Positions 1 through 6,845 of a DNA stretch of 24,985 nt are shown in pieces. Source of the DNA: a virus (taxonomy: Duplodnaviria > Caudoviricetes). The notes below the pieces were generated by a model that was not told where the DNA came from, did no database searches, and saw nothing but the letters and a program-made list of their open reading frames with translations. Both the position numbers and the translations under genes were made by a program. The DNA lies in IMG/VR virus record IMGVR_UViG_3300005764_000082, positions 1-24,985 of that record; one strand, written 5' to 3'. Position 1 is the first letter of the stretch. Every line of letters begins with the position of its first letter.

Positions 1-31
1 AGACGACGTTGAGTGTTACGCTAGCAGCAAG

Positions 32-802
32 ATGCGCTATCCTGTATTCATTCCATCGAAGGGCAGAGCTGACACTTGCTACACGATGCAAGCCTTCGAT
101 AGGATAGGTGTCGACTACACGGTCTTCGTCGAGCAGCAGGACTTCGAGGCGTACAGCAAGGCGTCGTTCTGCGGCACTCTTCACGTATTGCCTCATAGCG
201 ACAAGGGGCTGGTAGTAACTCGAAACTACATCTGGGATCACGCAGAGAGATTAGGTGTCGAGCGCTTCTGGACGTTCGACGACAACATTCGCGGCTTCGT
301 ACGACTCGTACACAACAAGAAAAACAACGCCCGTGACGCGAGCATGTTCTGTGCTATAGAGGACTTCTGCGACAAGTACGAGAACATCGTCATAGCGGGC
401 TGTAACTACACGTTCTTCGCCAAGAGAAAGCAGAAGATACCGGCTTACGTGCTCAACACCAGGGTCTACTCGAACATGCTGATCAAGACTGACTCTGGTT
501 TTCGTAACGAGGGATTCTACAACGACGACACAGATTTGTGTCTTAGGGTATTGAAGGCTGGGCTATGCACAGTTCAGTTCAACGCTTTTCTGATCGCTAA
601 GGCGCAGACTATGACCGTCAAGGGAGGGATGACTCCGCACTACCAAGGAGATGGCAGGGCAAAGATGGCGCAGGAGCTAGCAGACAAACACCCTGACGTG
701 GTTAAGATCACGCACAAGTTTCAGCGTACACAACACCAGGTTGACTACAGTCACTTCAAGCAGGCGCTGATCCTGAAGAACTTGCGCAGGAAGATGCAAT
801 GA
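32..802 (+). CDS. TET-associated (TAGT)/GREB1-like GT-A glycosyltransferase, putative DNA base hypermodification enzyme; may extend 5' of the window
   Basis: Motifs YPVFIPSKGR, TRNYIWD, FWTFDDNI (DxD-like), YNDDTDLCLRVLKAG and TMTVKGG match phage TAGT/GREB1-type glycosyltransferases. The frame is also open from nt 2 (DDVECYASSK) and no SD precedes ATG32. Confidence 0.8.
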   Translation: MRYPVFIPSKGRADTCYTMQAFDRIGVDYTVFVEQQDFEAYSKASFCGTLHVLPHSDKGLVVTRNYIWDHAERLGVERFWTFDDNIRGFVRLVHNKKNNARDASMFCAIEDFCDKYENIVIAGCNYTFFAKRKQKIPAYVLNTRVYSNMLIKTDSGFRNEGFYNDDTDLCLRVLKAGLCTVQFNAFLIAKAQTMTVKGGMTPHYQGDGRAKMAQELADKHPDVVKITHKFQRTQHQVDYSHFKQALILKNLRRKMQ

Positions 803-951
803 GCGAGATCGAGCGGCTAAAGTCTCTTATCGAGAAGGCTAAGCGCACCGGCAGCTTCGGAGCTGTGAAGCTGTTCGAGCAGAAGCTGATCAAGATAGCT
901 AAGCAGATCACGAAACGAGAACGCGATGACAAAGCAGTTCGCAGACCTTGA
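799..951 (+). CDS. small hypothetical protein, 50 aa (MSEIERLKSLIEKAKRTGSF...VRRP); not in ORF track
   Basis: ATGA overlap with the stop of 32..802; fills the gap to the next gene; helical, basic composition. Confidence 0.65.
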   Translation: MSEIERLKSLIEKAKRTGSFGAVKLFEQKLIKIAKQITKRERDDKAVRRP

Positions 952-1168
952 CTTGCTAGAACAGCTCAGCGTAGTGATGAAGGACCTAGCTGGCTTCGTG
1001 CGGCTGATCTACGAGATGCGCATGGCGCAGAAAAAATACTTTCGCACTCGTAAGCAAGACGATCTGATCAACGCGAAAGAGATAGAGGCGAAGGTTGACG
1101 CGCTGCTTGGTCGCAAACAGTTGTGGAGGCTACTCGATGACTCGATGGGGAAAAACTTGGAACGATGA
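926..1168 (+). CDS. hypothetical phage protein
   Basis: 80-aa ORF with MRMAQKKYFRTR...AKEIEAKVD helical segment; stop overlaps ATG1165 (ATGA). Confidence 0.7.
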   Translation: MTKQFADLDLLEQLSVVMKDLAGFVRLIYEMRMAQKKYFRTRKQDDLINAKEIEAKVDALLGRKQLWRLLDDSMGKNLER

Positions 1169-1505
1169 AGATGTCGAGAGACAGCTCGCCAAGTTTAAGA
1201 CTGAGAATCGTGCTGCCGTTCGTGCTTCCGACCCAGAACAGGCTAGACTCTATGTCGTTGCGACAGAGAATGAAGGTGAAAAAGTTCATTCGCGATACCG
1301 TGTCTGCGTTAGCTATCGCTCAAAAAAGCCCGCAGACCCTACAGGACGATCTCATAAGGCGGCAGTGGACGGACTGGTTAGAAGCGGAATACTACTCGAT
1401 GATTCATCCAAATACGTCGAGTTTAGAGTACCTACTGAAGAAAAGTGTAAAGCAGGTGAAGCAGAAGCAACGATCATTGAGGTTTGGGAAATAGCCGATG
1501 AATGA
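1137..1505 (+). CDS. RusA-like Holliday junction resolvase, catalytic (C-terminal) half
   Basis: ADPTGRSHKAAVDGLVRSGILLDDSSKYV fits the RusA D-x(5-6)-K-x3-D-x-L-x3-G-x3-DD pattern. GGAGG at 1125-1129 supports ATG1137 over TTG1095. Confidence 0.7.
   Translation: MTRWGKTWNDEDVERQLAKFKTENRAAVRASDPEQARLYVVATENEGEKVHSRYRVCVSYRSKKPADPTGRSHKAAVDGLVRSGILLDDSSKYVEFRVPTEEKCKAGEAEATIIEVWEIADE
1165..1494 (+). CDS. overlapping (+1 frame) protein nested in the RusA-like gene; N-terminus resembles the RusA beta1/helix A
   Basis: 109 open codons, ATGA-coupled to 926..1168. LRIVLPFVLPTQN...RQRMKVKKFIRD resembles the RusA N-terminal LPxxPSxN plus basic helix. Confidence 0.55.
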   Translation: MKMSRDSSPSLRLRIVLPFVLPTQNRLDSMSLRQRMKVKKFIRDTVSALAIAQKSPQTLQDDLIRRQWTDWLEAEYYSMIHPNTSSLEYLLKKSVKQVKQKQRSLRFGK

Positions 1506-2304
1506 CGCGCCAGTGCTAACCTGGAATAGGAAAGAAGTTATCTCAGACTTCGCAGAGCGCTGCAATCGTATCGGCGCAGACACTGACAGCGTGATGAGAC
1601 ACTTCGATGCGTTCGAGCGATACTACAGAAGCCCGAAGACAGAGCGGCTTCACGACGACGCGATGATATTGCAGAAGCGATGGTACGATTCTGTCACTGG
1701 CGGTCACCCCGATTTATCTGTCTACTGCGAGCAGATTTATCTCGCTGACTTGCTTGCCTGCTATCTGATATATTCGCGCAAGTATCTGCTGCAGCTGAGA
1801 AAAAAGTTTAACCTGATGCAGTATAGAACGGTCGATTTAGGGTGCGGCTTAGGCTATACGACAGCTGTGCTGAACGAGATGAGCGTCAACGATGTCTTCG
1901 GCACGTACTTCAGCGAGTCGTGGCAGTCTCGCTTCGCTGAAACTGTCGCAGAAGACTGCGGGTTCACGCTGAACAACGATTTAAGTTCGATTAACAGCGT
2001 CGATTTCGTCTTTGCGTCTGAATACTTCGAGCACTTCGAGCAGCCAGTAGCTCACTTGTGCGAGGAAATTTTCCCGCTAAATTTCAAACTGATGCTCGTC
2101 GCTAACGCCTTCAACGCAGACTCGTGCGGTCACTTCAATCGCGGCTACGTCGTCAACCTGCAGCCAGTCACTTCTAGAGCGATCGGGCGAAAGTTCAACG
2201 AGCACATGCGCATGCACGGCTACGAGAGAATTGAGACTGGGTGGTGGAACGACCGCCCAGCTGTGTGGAAACAGGAGCAGACAGATTTATATGCCAGAAG
2301 ATAA
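1498..2304 (+). CDS. class I SAM-dependent methyltransferase (small-molecule/sugar type)
   Basis: Motif I VDLGCGLGY; VDFVFASEYFEHFEQP typical of Methyltransf_11/23-like enzymes; no DPPY/NPPY or PC DNA-MTase motifs. Confidence 0.8.
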   Translation: MNDAPVLTWNRKEVISDFAERCNRIGADTDSVMRHFDAFERYYRSPKTERLHDDAMILQKRWYDSVTGGHPDLSVYCEQIYLADLLACYLIYSRKYLLQLRKKFNLMQYRTVDLGCGLGYTTAVLNEMSVNDVFGTYFSESWQSRFAETVAEDCGFTLNNDLSSINSVDFVFASEYFEHFEQPVAHLCEEIFPLNFKLMLVANAFNADSCGHFNRGYVVNLQPVTSRAIGRKFNEHMRMHGYERIETGWWNDRPAVWKQEQTDLYARR

Positions 2305-2683
2305 GCCGCTTCCGAAGCCGAAGATGTTCCCGCCGGACATGCTGAACGGCACTCACGGCAACGCTCGCATCGAGGCTTCTGTCGAGATGTACGCTGACGC
2401 GATTCGCTCTAACTCGTCAAACTTGCTGCCGTACATAGATCAGGCGATTAAGCTCTGCACTGAAGTGCTGAGCGAACGATTGAAGCCGGTCAAGACGCTC
2501 AAGAACGGAAAGACAGTCGAGCTGCAGACGAAAGAGATAACGCGAGACATCTGTCAGATCGTCAAGTCTCTCGGCTTCATTCGCGCTCTGTACTCGATTG
2601 AGAAAAAGAGTAAAGATGGGCCGACTTCGACACTGACTTACGAAGATTTTATAAAACGAGAGATGGGAGAAGGCGATGGTTAA
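2291..2683 (+). CDS. hypothetical helical protein; candidate terminase small subunit
   Basis: ATG2291 overlaps the end of the methyltransferase gene. About 130 aa, helical, upstream of terL; TerS assignment is positional inference only. Confidence 0.55.
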   Translation: MPEDKPLPKPKMFPPDMLNGTHGNARIEASVEMYADAIRSNSSNLLPYIDQAIKLCTEVLSERLKPVKTLKNGKTVELQTKEITRDICQIVKSLGFIRALYSIEKKSKDGPTSTLTYEDFIKREMGEGDG

Positions 2684-2732
2684 AAAGAAGGCTAAAAAGA
2701 AGGTGCTGAAGTCAAAAAAAAAACTCACCTAG
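2676..2732 (+). CDS. Lys-rich micro-ORF (MVKKKAKKKVLKSKKKLT) ending just after an A10 run
   Basis: GGAG at 2666-2669, start overlaps the previous stop region, A10 at 2714-2723. Confidence 0.4.
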   Translation: MVKKKAKKKVLKSKKKLT

Positions 2733-2776
2733 CAGCACCGCGCGGACACGCAGCGATAGTGGGGGAAGGGAAACAC

Positions 2777-2860
2777 ATGGAAAAAGAACCGAAGCCAGAG
2801 CCTCAGCCTGAAGAGCCACAGCCGCAAGAGCCGCAGCCTGAGAAAGAACCAGAGCTATAG
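2777..2860 (+). CDS. Glu/Pro/Gln repeat micro-ORF (MEKEPKPEPQPEEPQPQEPQPEKEPEL)
   Basis: Purine-rich upstream sequence and a codon-level EPQP repeat with synonymous variation, which indicates coding. Confidence 0.45.
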   Translation: MEKEPKPEPQPEEPQPQEPQPEKEPEL

Positions 2861-2880
2861 AACTGTCGACACTCATAGTT

Positions 2881-3090
2881 GTGGTCACGATCTGGGTCAT
2901 GCTGCTCGCTACAGTATGGGTCGGATACGTGATGCTGACGCGGTGGTATTACTTAAAGCAGCGTCGCTTTGCTGAAGAGCTGCGCCGCAGAGAACTCGGC
3001 TCGTCGTTTACAGAGAGCGAGGATGATCGCATGTCAGATCGCAGGGAAGCGCTGAACGAGAGAATCGCAAGGATGAAGGGCGAGCACTGA
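2881..3090 (+). CDS. small membrane protein with a single N-terminal TM helix
   Basis: Hydrophobic VTIWVMLLATVWVGYVML followed by a basic then charged tail; TGATG overlap with the next gene. Confidence 0.65.
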   Translation: MVTIWVMLLATVWVGYVMLTRWYYLKQRRFAEELRRRELGSSFTESEDDRMSDRREALNERIARMKGEH

Positions 3091-3341
3091 TGTATCGCAT
3101 CACGAATGACGGCAAACTAGAACTGTCAGCGATGCTTCACAAACTAGACTTACGTCACGGCTCAGTGTTGATTTTCAAGTGTAACTATCCGCAAAAAGAA
3201 TTTCTCGAATCGCTAGCTGAATCTATCGCAGCTATGCGCTTGCCATTTACTGTTCCTGTGCTGGTGCTCAGCGAAGATGAATCTATCTATACGATTGATC
3301 GAAGCGTCTTGGAGACAGCGCTAGAAATCGAGCGTGATTAA
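3090..3341 (+). CDS. hypothetical protein
   Basis: Coupled on both sides by 1-nt stop/start overlaps. Confidence 0.75.
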   Translation: MYRITNDGKLELSAMLHKLDLRHGSVLIFKCNYPQKEFLESLAESIAAMRLPFTVPVLVLSEDESIYTIDRSVLETALEIERD

Positions 3342-3532
3342 TGGACACAGAAGAAGAAAGACTGCTGCAGAAAGAAAAAATCCGTTTGCTCGAATACGAG
3401 TGTAAGCTGCTAGAGCACATCGCATACTACATCGCTGCTGACAGCGGCGAGCTGCCGCGCCCTCATTCTGACAGAGAAATCACTTTCAGTGAGTACGTAG
3501 ATTTCCTAAGAGGCAAAAAGAACTATGCCTGA
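3341..3532 (+). CDS. hypothetical protein
   Basis: TAATG overlap; 63 aa; overlaps the next start. Confidence 0.65.
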   Translation: MDTEEERLLQKEKIRLLEYECKLLEHIAYYIAADSGELPRPHSDREITFSEYVDFLRGKKNYA

Positions 3533-3944
3533 AGTGAAAAAAGAGCGTACTGGCTGGCGAGATTTGCGCTTGAGCGAGAGACATCGCCACTGGGGCTGGG
3601 ATTGCCCTGCAGTCGATCTAGATTTTCTGTTTCTAGAATATGATCGCGGCAAAGCTGTAGCGCTCGTCGAGTACAAGCATGAGAAAGCAGCGCCGCAGTT
3701 TCGCACTCACCCGACGTATCAGGCGATGATCGACCTGGCAGACAGGGCGAAAGTGCCGTGCATTGCGTGTCGCTACGCTGACGATTTTTCGTGGTTCAAC
3801 GTAGTGCCGCTAAACGAGATCGCCAAGAAATGGATCGCGATGGCACAACGAATGGACGAGCGAGAATGGGTGACGCTTCTCTACAAGATTCGCGGCTACG
3901 ATGTGCCTGATGATCTGTTTACCGACATGAAAGTCATTATCTGA
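3525..3944 (+). CDS. putative PD-(D/E)XK (restriction-endonuclease-like) nuclease
   Basis: PAVDLDFLFLEY...VALVEYKH gives the D...ExK catalytic pattern, followed by a helix (YQAMIDLADRAKVP) and a strand. Confidence 0.55.
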   Translation: MPEVKKERTGWRDLRLSERHRHWGWDCPAVDLDFLFLEYDRGKAVALVEYKHEKAAPQFRTHPTYQAMIDLADRAKVPCIACRYADDFSWFNVVPLNEIAKKWIAMAQRMDEREWVTLLYKIRGYDVPDDLFTDMKVII

Positions 3945-4451
3945 GTGATCGCTCTCACCTCTCTGATTCTCTCGCCGCGCTGTCAGTTCGCAGAGTTAGG
4001 CTGGTTCTTGCACCCTAAAGACTGGCGCTTTAGACAGACAGTTACTGCAGACATGACAGTAGCGCAGATCAAAGGAGCGACGCTTATCAACGTCGATGAC
4101 TTGAAAGGCACACCTGTCATAGAACTGGTGATTTCTAATCGAGAGCTTCACCCGTTGATCGGGCTCGGCTCGACCAAGATTCGCATGCTAGAGGGCGACA
4201 AGACTAAAGGCGAGTCGTGGCGTCGCTTTGATGAGGTGAAGGTCGGCGACGTAGTGATAGTTGCTGAGAACTGCCCGCTAGGTATGGGCATCACATGGGC
4301 TAACATAAGAAAAGTTCGCTCTTCGACTGCTCTGCACTCGATCTGGTGCAATACTCCGACAGTTGCAGGCACGCTCGTCTTGCACGACGGGCGCAGCTTC
4401 GCCACTCCTGCTGGTTTTATCCTCTGTCGCGACGACGCTCGTCTCTGCTAA
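3945..4451 (+). CDS. stand-alone Hint (intein-like) domain protein, catalytically degenerate
   Basis: Block-like segments: xIALTSLI (A), PVIELVISN..LIG..STKI (B), WRRFDEVKVGDVVIV, ITWANIRKV and TLVLHDGRSFATPAGFILC (F/G). Cys1, TxxH and terminal HN are missing. Confidence 0.55.
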   Translation: MIALTSLILSPRCQFAELGWFLHPKDWRFRQTVTADMTVAQIKGATLINVDDLKGTPVIELVISNRELHPLIGLGSTKIRMLEGDKTKGESWRRFDEVKVGDVVIVAENCPLGMGITWANIRKVRSSTALHSIWCNTPTVAGTLVLHDGRSFATPAGFILCRDDARLC

Positions 4452-4470
4452 TTTTCGTTGCTATTTCTAG

Positions 4471-4680
4471 ATGTTTGCGCTATCTGCATTCTCAATGCAG
4501 ATGGTAATGGACAGATCGCTGCAGAAAGACGACCTGTTCGGCAGCTTTGATCCGTATCTCTACGACTTCATCATCGTCGACGAAGAAAACAGGAAGTTTT
4601 TGCTGAAGATTTTCGAGTACACGACGCCAGTGAGATGGCGTCTCTATGACGACACTGCCTTTACTCTTAGAGCTGCATGA
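4471..4680 (+). CDS. hypothetical protein
   Basis: 69-aa ORF whose stop overlaps the terL start (ATGA). Confidence 0.55.
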   Translation: MFALSAFSMQMVMDRSLQKDDLFGSFDPYLYDFIIVDEENRKFLLKIFEYTTPVRWRLYDDTAFTLRAA

Positions 4681-6452
4681 TGGCGAATCAGCTAGCGAAT
4701 TTTCCGCTCTACAGTAAAAAATTTTTGCGCGTGAAAGATCCACGCTACGGCTCGATTGTGCCGTTCGAGCTGAAGCCGATCCAGCTGAAGATGAACGCGG
4801 CCATCGACTCGTTGCTTCAGCGCGGCATGCCAGCGTTCATTCAGGTGCTGAAAGCTAGACGTTTAGGGTCTTCGACCCTGATCGCTGGGCGATTCTCGCA
4901 TAGATGCTACACGCGATCTGGTCAGAGAGCCGCAGTTATAGCGCACTCGAAACCAGGCGTCGAGGTGATCTTTGAAATCTACGAGCGCTTCTACTCGAAC
5001 TTGCCGGAAATTCTCAAGCCGAAGCGTGCAGGCTCGCATGGCAAGCAGATCAGACTTCCGCTGCTAGACTCGGTGATCGACGTCGGCTCAGCTCTTTCGA
5101 CTGATTTAGGCAGAGGTTCAGATGCGCAGATGCTTCACATCTCAGAATTTCAGAGCGAGAATTTTGCTGACCCTGAGAAGTTCCTTGCCACTCTTCTGCC
5201 AACTATGTCAGTTACGGGCGATGGCATCCTCATCATTGAAGGAACCGGAAGCGGCCCTGATAATCAATGGGCTGACATGTGGCGCCGCTCATTGGATGGT
5301 GTGTCAGGTTTCTCTCCGCTGTTCTTCGCTTTCTACGAAGATCCTGTCAACCGTCTTGAGCCATCACTGGCGGACGACGAACTCAACGAAGAAGAGATCG
5401 AACTCAAGAAAAAATATCCGCTAGATAACTCACAGCTGACCTGGCTACGTCACCAGCTAGAGGTGAGGTGCATGGGTAACTGGAAGCTGCGCTGTCGCGA
5501 GTTTCCATGCAGCTGGGAAGAAGCGCTGACAGCTGTAGGCGAGACCCCGTGGGGAATGGATGTAGTAGAGCCTGTTCACGAGCACAAGAAAATTCTGTTT
5601 CAGGGAGATATAAACAAGAAGGGGCTGGTCAAAAATCGTGACGGAGCACTCAAAATCTGGCAATATCCTGAAGAACGAGCCATTTATTGTATTGGAGTGG
5701 ATTGCGCCGACGGACTTGCGACTTCAGATTTGCAGGTGGCTTGCGTGTTTAGGGTGTCCAAACGACCGGGCGAATGGCCTGTTCAGGTCGCTGAGTGGGC
5801 AGGTCACATGGAAGCTGTGCCGTTCGCAGAAATGCTCCATCTACTGGGCCACTACTACAACAAAGCCCTTATGGCTGTTGAGATTAACAATATGGGGCGA
5901 GCTATCCAGAACAGTTTACAGCGTATCTTTTTCTATCCCAACCTCTATCGTTGGCTCCAGTTTGACCGTTACCAAAAAACATCAAATACTCTCGGCTGGC
6001 AGACGACTTGGCAGTCGAAAGATGTCATGCACGCGATCGGCGACTGGGCGATTCGTTGCGGCAAAGTCACTATCCGATCAGACGAGCTAGTGCATGAACT
6101 GGTCAGCTACGAGCTGAAAGATGGTTCTGCAGACGAGTACATCGGCAGAGCTGGCGATGATCGCATCATGGCGTTTCTGATCGCTCTGGTCTGCTGGTTT
6201 CAGCACCAGTTTCCCGGCGTGCCTCTCAAAGAGCTGCGCCCCACGCTAGCGAAACTTTACGGCGCTCCGCAGGGCAATACAGTCGAAAATAAGCTAGCCG
6301 GTTACGAGGGGGGTGACGAGTCGGTTACAGGGCGAACCCCTGTCGATGGCGACTCAGAGTCGCAAGACTCCCCTCCTCAACCTAACTCGCATGTGTTTTC
6401 TACTCGCAAGTGGCAGCCACGAGAAGTATACGAGGTCGAAGAAGATTTCTGA
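4677..6452 (+). CDS. terL: terminase large subunit
   Basis: LKPIQ adenine-binding motif, Walker A-like LKARRLGSST, Walker B LHISE, coupling motif IIEGT, RNase H-like nuclease IGVDCADG...SD, AVEINNMG and GDDRIMA. Confidence 0.95.
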   Translation: MMANQLANFPLYSKKFLRVKDPRYGSIVPFELKPIQLKMNAAIDSLLQRGMPAFIQVLKARRLGSSTLIAGRFSHRCYTRSGQRAAVIAHSKPGVEVIFEIYERFYSNLPEILKPKRAGSHGKQIRLPLLDSVIDVGSALSTDLGRGSDAQMLHISEFQSENFADPEKFLATLLPTMSVTGDGILIIEGTGSGPDNQWADMWRRSLDGVSGFSPLFFAFYEDPVNRLEPSLADDELNEEEIELKKKYPLDNSQLTWLRHQLEVRCMGNWKLRCREFPCSWEEALTAVGETPWGMDVVEPVHEHKKILFQGDINKKGLVKNRDGALKIWQYPEERAIYCIGVDCADGLATSDLQVACVFRVSKRPGEWPVQVAEWAGHMEAVPFAEMLHLLGHYYNKALMAVEINNMGRAIQNSLQRIFFYPNLYRWLQFDRYQKTSNTLGWQTTWQSKDVMHAIGDWAIRCGKVTIRSDELVHELVSYELKDGSADEYIGRAGDDRIMAFLIALVCWFQHQFPGVPLKELRPTLAKLYGAPQGNTVENKLAGYEGGDESVTGRTPVDGDSESQDSPPQPNSHVFSTRKWQPREVYEVEEDF

Positions 6453-6844
6453 TGGTATTTGAGATAATTGAAGATTTTTTCTCAGACAAGCCGCGTGTTC
6501 ACTGGATTCTTGACAGCGATGTTCTTAATCCTACAGAGAAACTAGCCCTCAAGGGCGCAGCGTCGACTTGGGGCGGCGACATAGACGCTACGAGCGCGTA
6601 TTTTCTCAACTCATGGGTCAAGACGCCAGACGGGCTAAAGTGGCTGCTTAACCAGTCTTTGCCGCTTAGTGACAGTCAGCAGTCTGAAGCTGAGGGCGTC
6701 TTGAAGATGTGTCTCGACGCGAGCGCAGTGTCTGTCAGAAAGCGAGCTGCAGCAGAGTGCGACGACGACTTGAAACTAGCTATAGCGAAGTCAGTGCAAG
6801 AGATTTTACAGGTGTTCGGTCTAGCGCTTTACTACGAGAAATAA
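6452..6844 (+). CDS. hypothetical protein between terL and portal
   Basis: TGATG overlap with terL gives start 6452; ends 1 nt before the portal gene. Confidence 0.75.
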   Translation: MVFEIIEDFFSDKPRVHWILDSDVLNPTEKLALKGAASTWGGDIDATSAYFLNSWVKTPDGLKWLLNQSLPLSDSQQSEAEGVLKMCLDASAVSVRKRAAAECDDDLKLAIAKSVQEILQVFGLALYYEK

Positions 6845-6845
6845 T

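Noticed and set aside
1137-1505. Nested Rz/Rz1 spanin pair as the explanation of the overlap
   Set aside because: Neither product has a TM anchor or lipobox.
1498-2304. DNA methyltransferase call
   Set aside because: Lacks DPPY/NPPY and PC/ENV catalytic motifs.
2881-3090. Holin call for the small TM protein
   Set aside because: Single TM only and no endolysin or spanin recognisable nearby.
4677-6452. Intein within TerL
   Set aside because: ATPase and nuclease motifs are normally spaced and the length is ordinary; no Hint blocks are visible inside.
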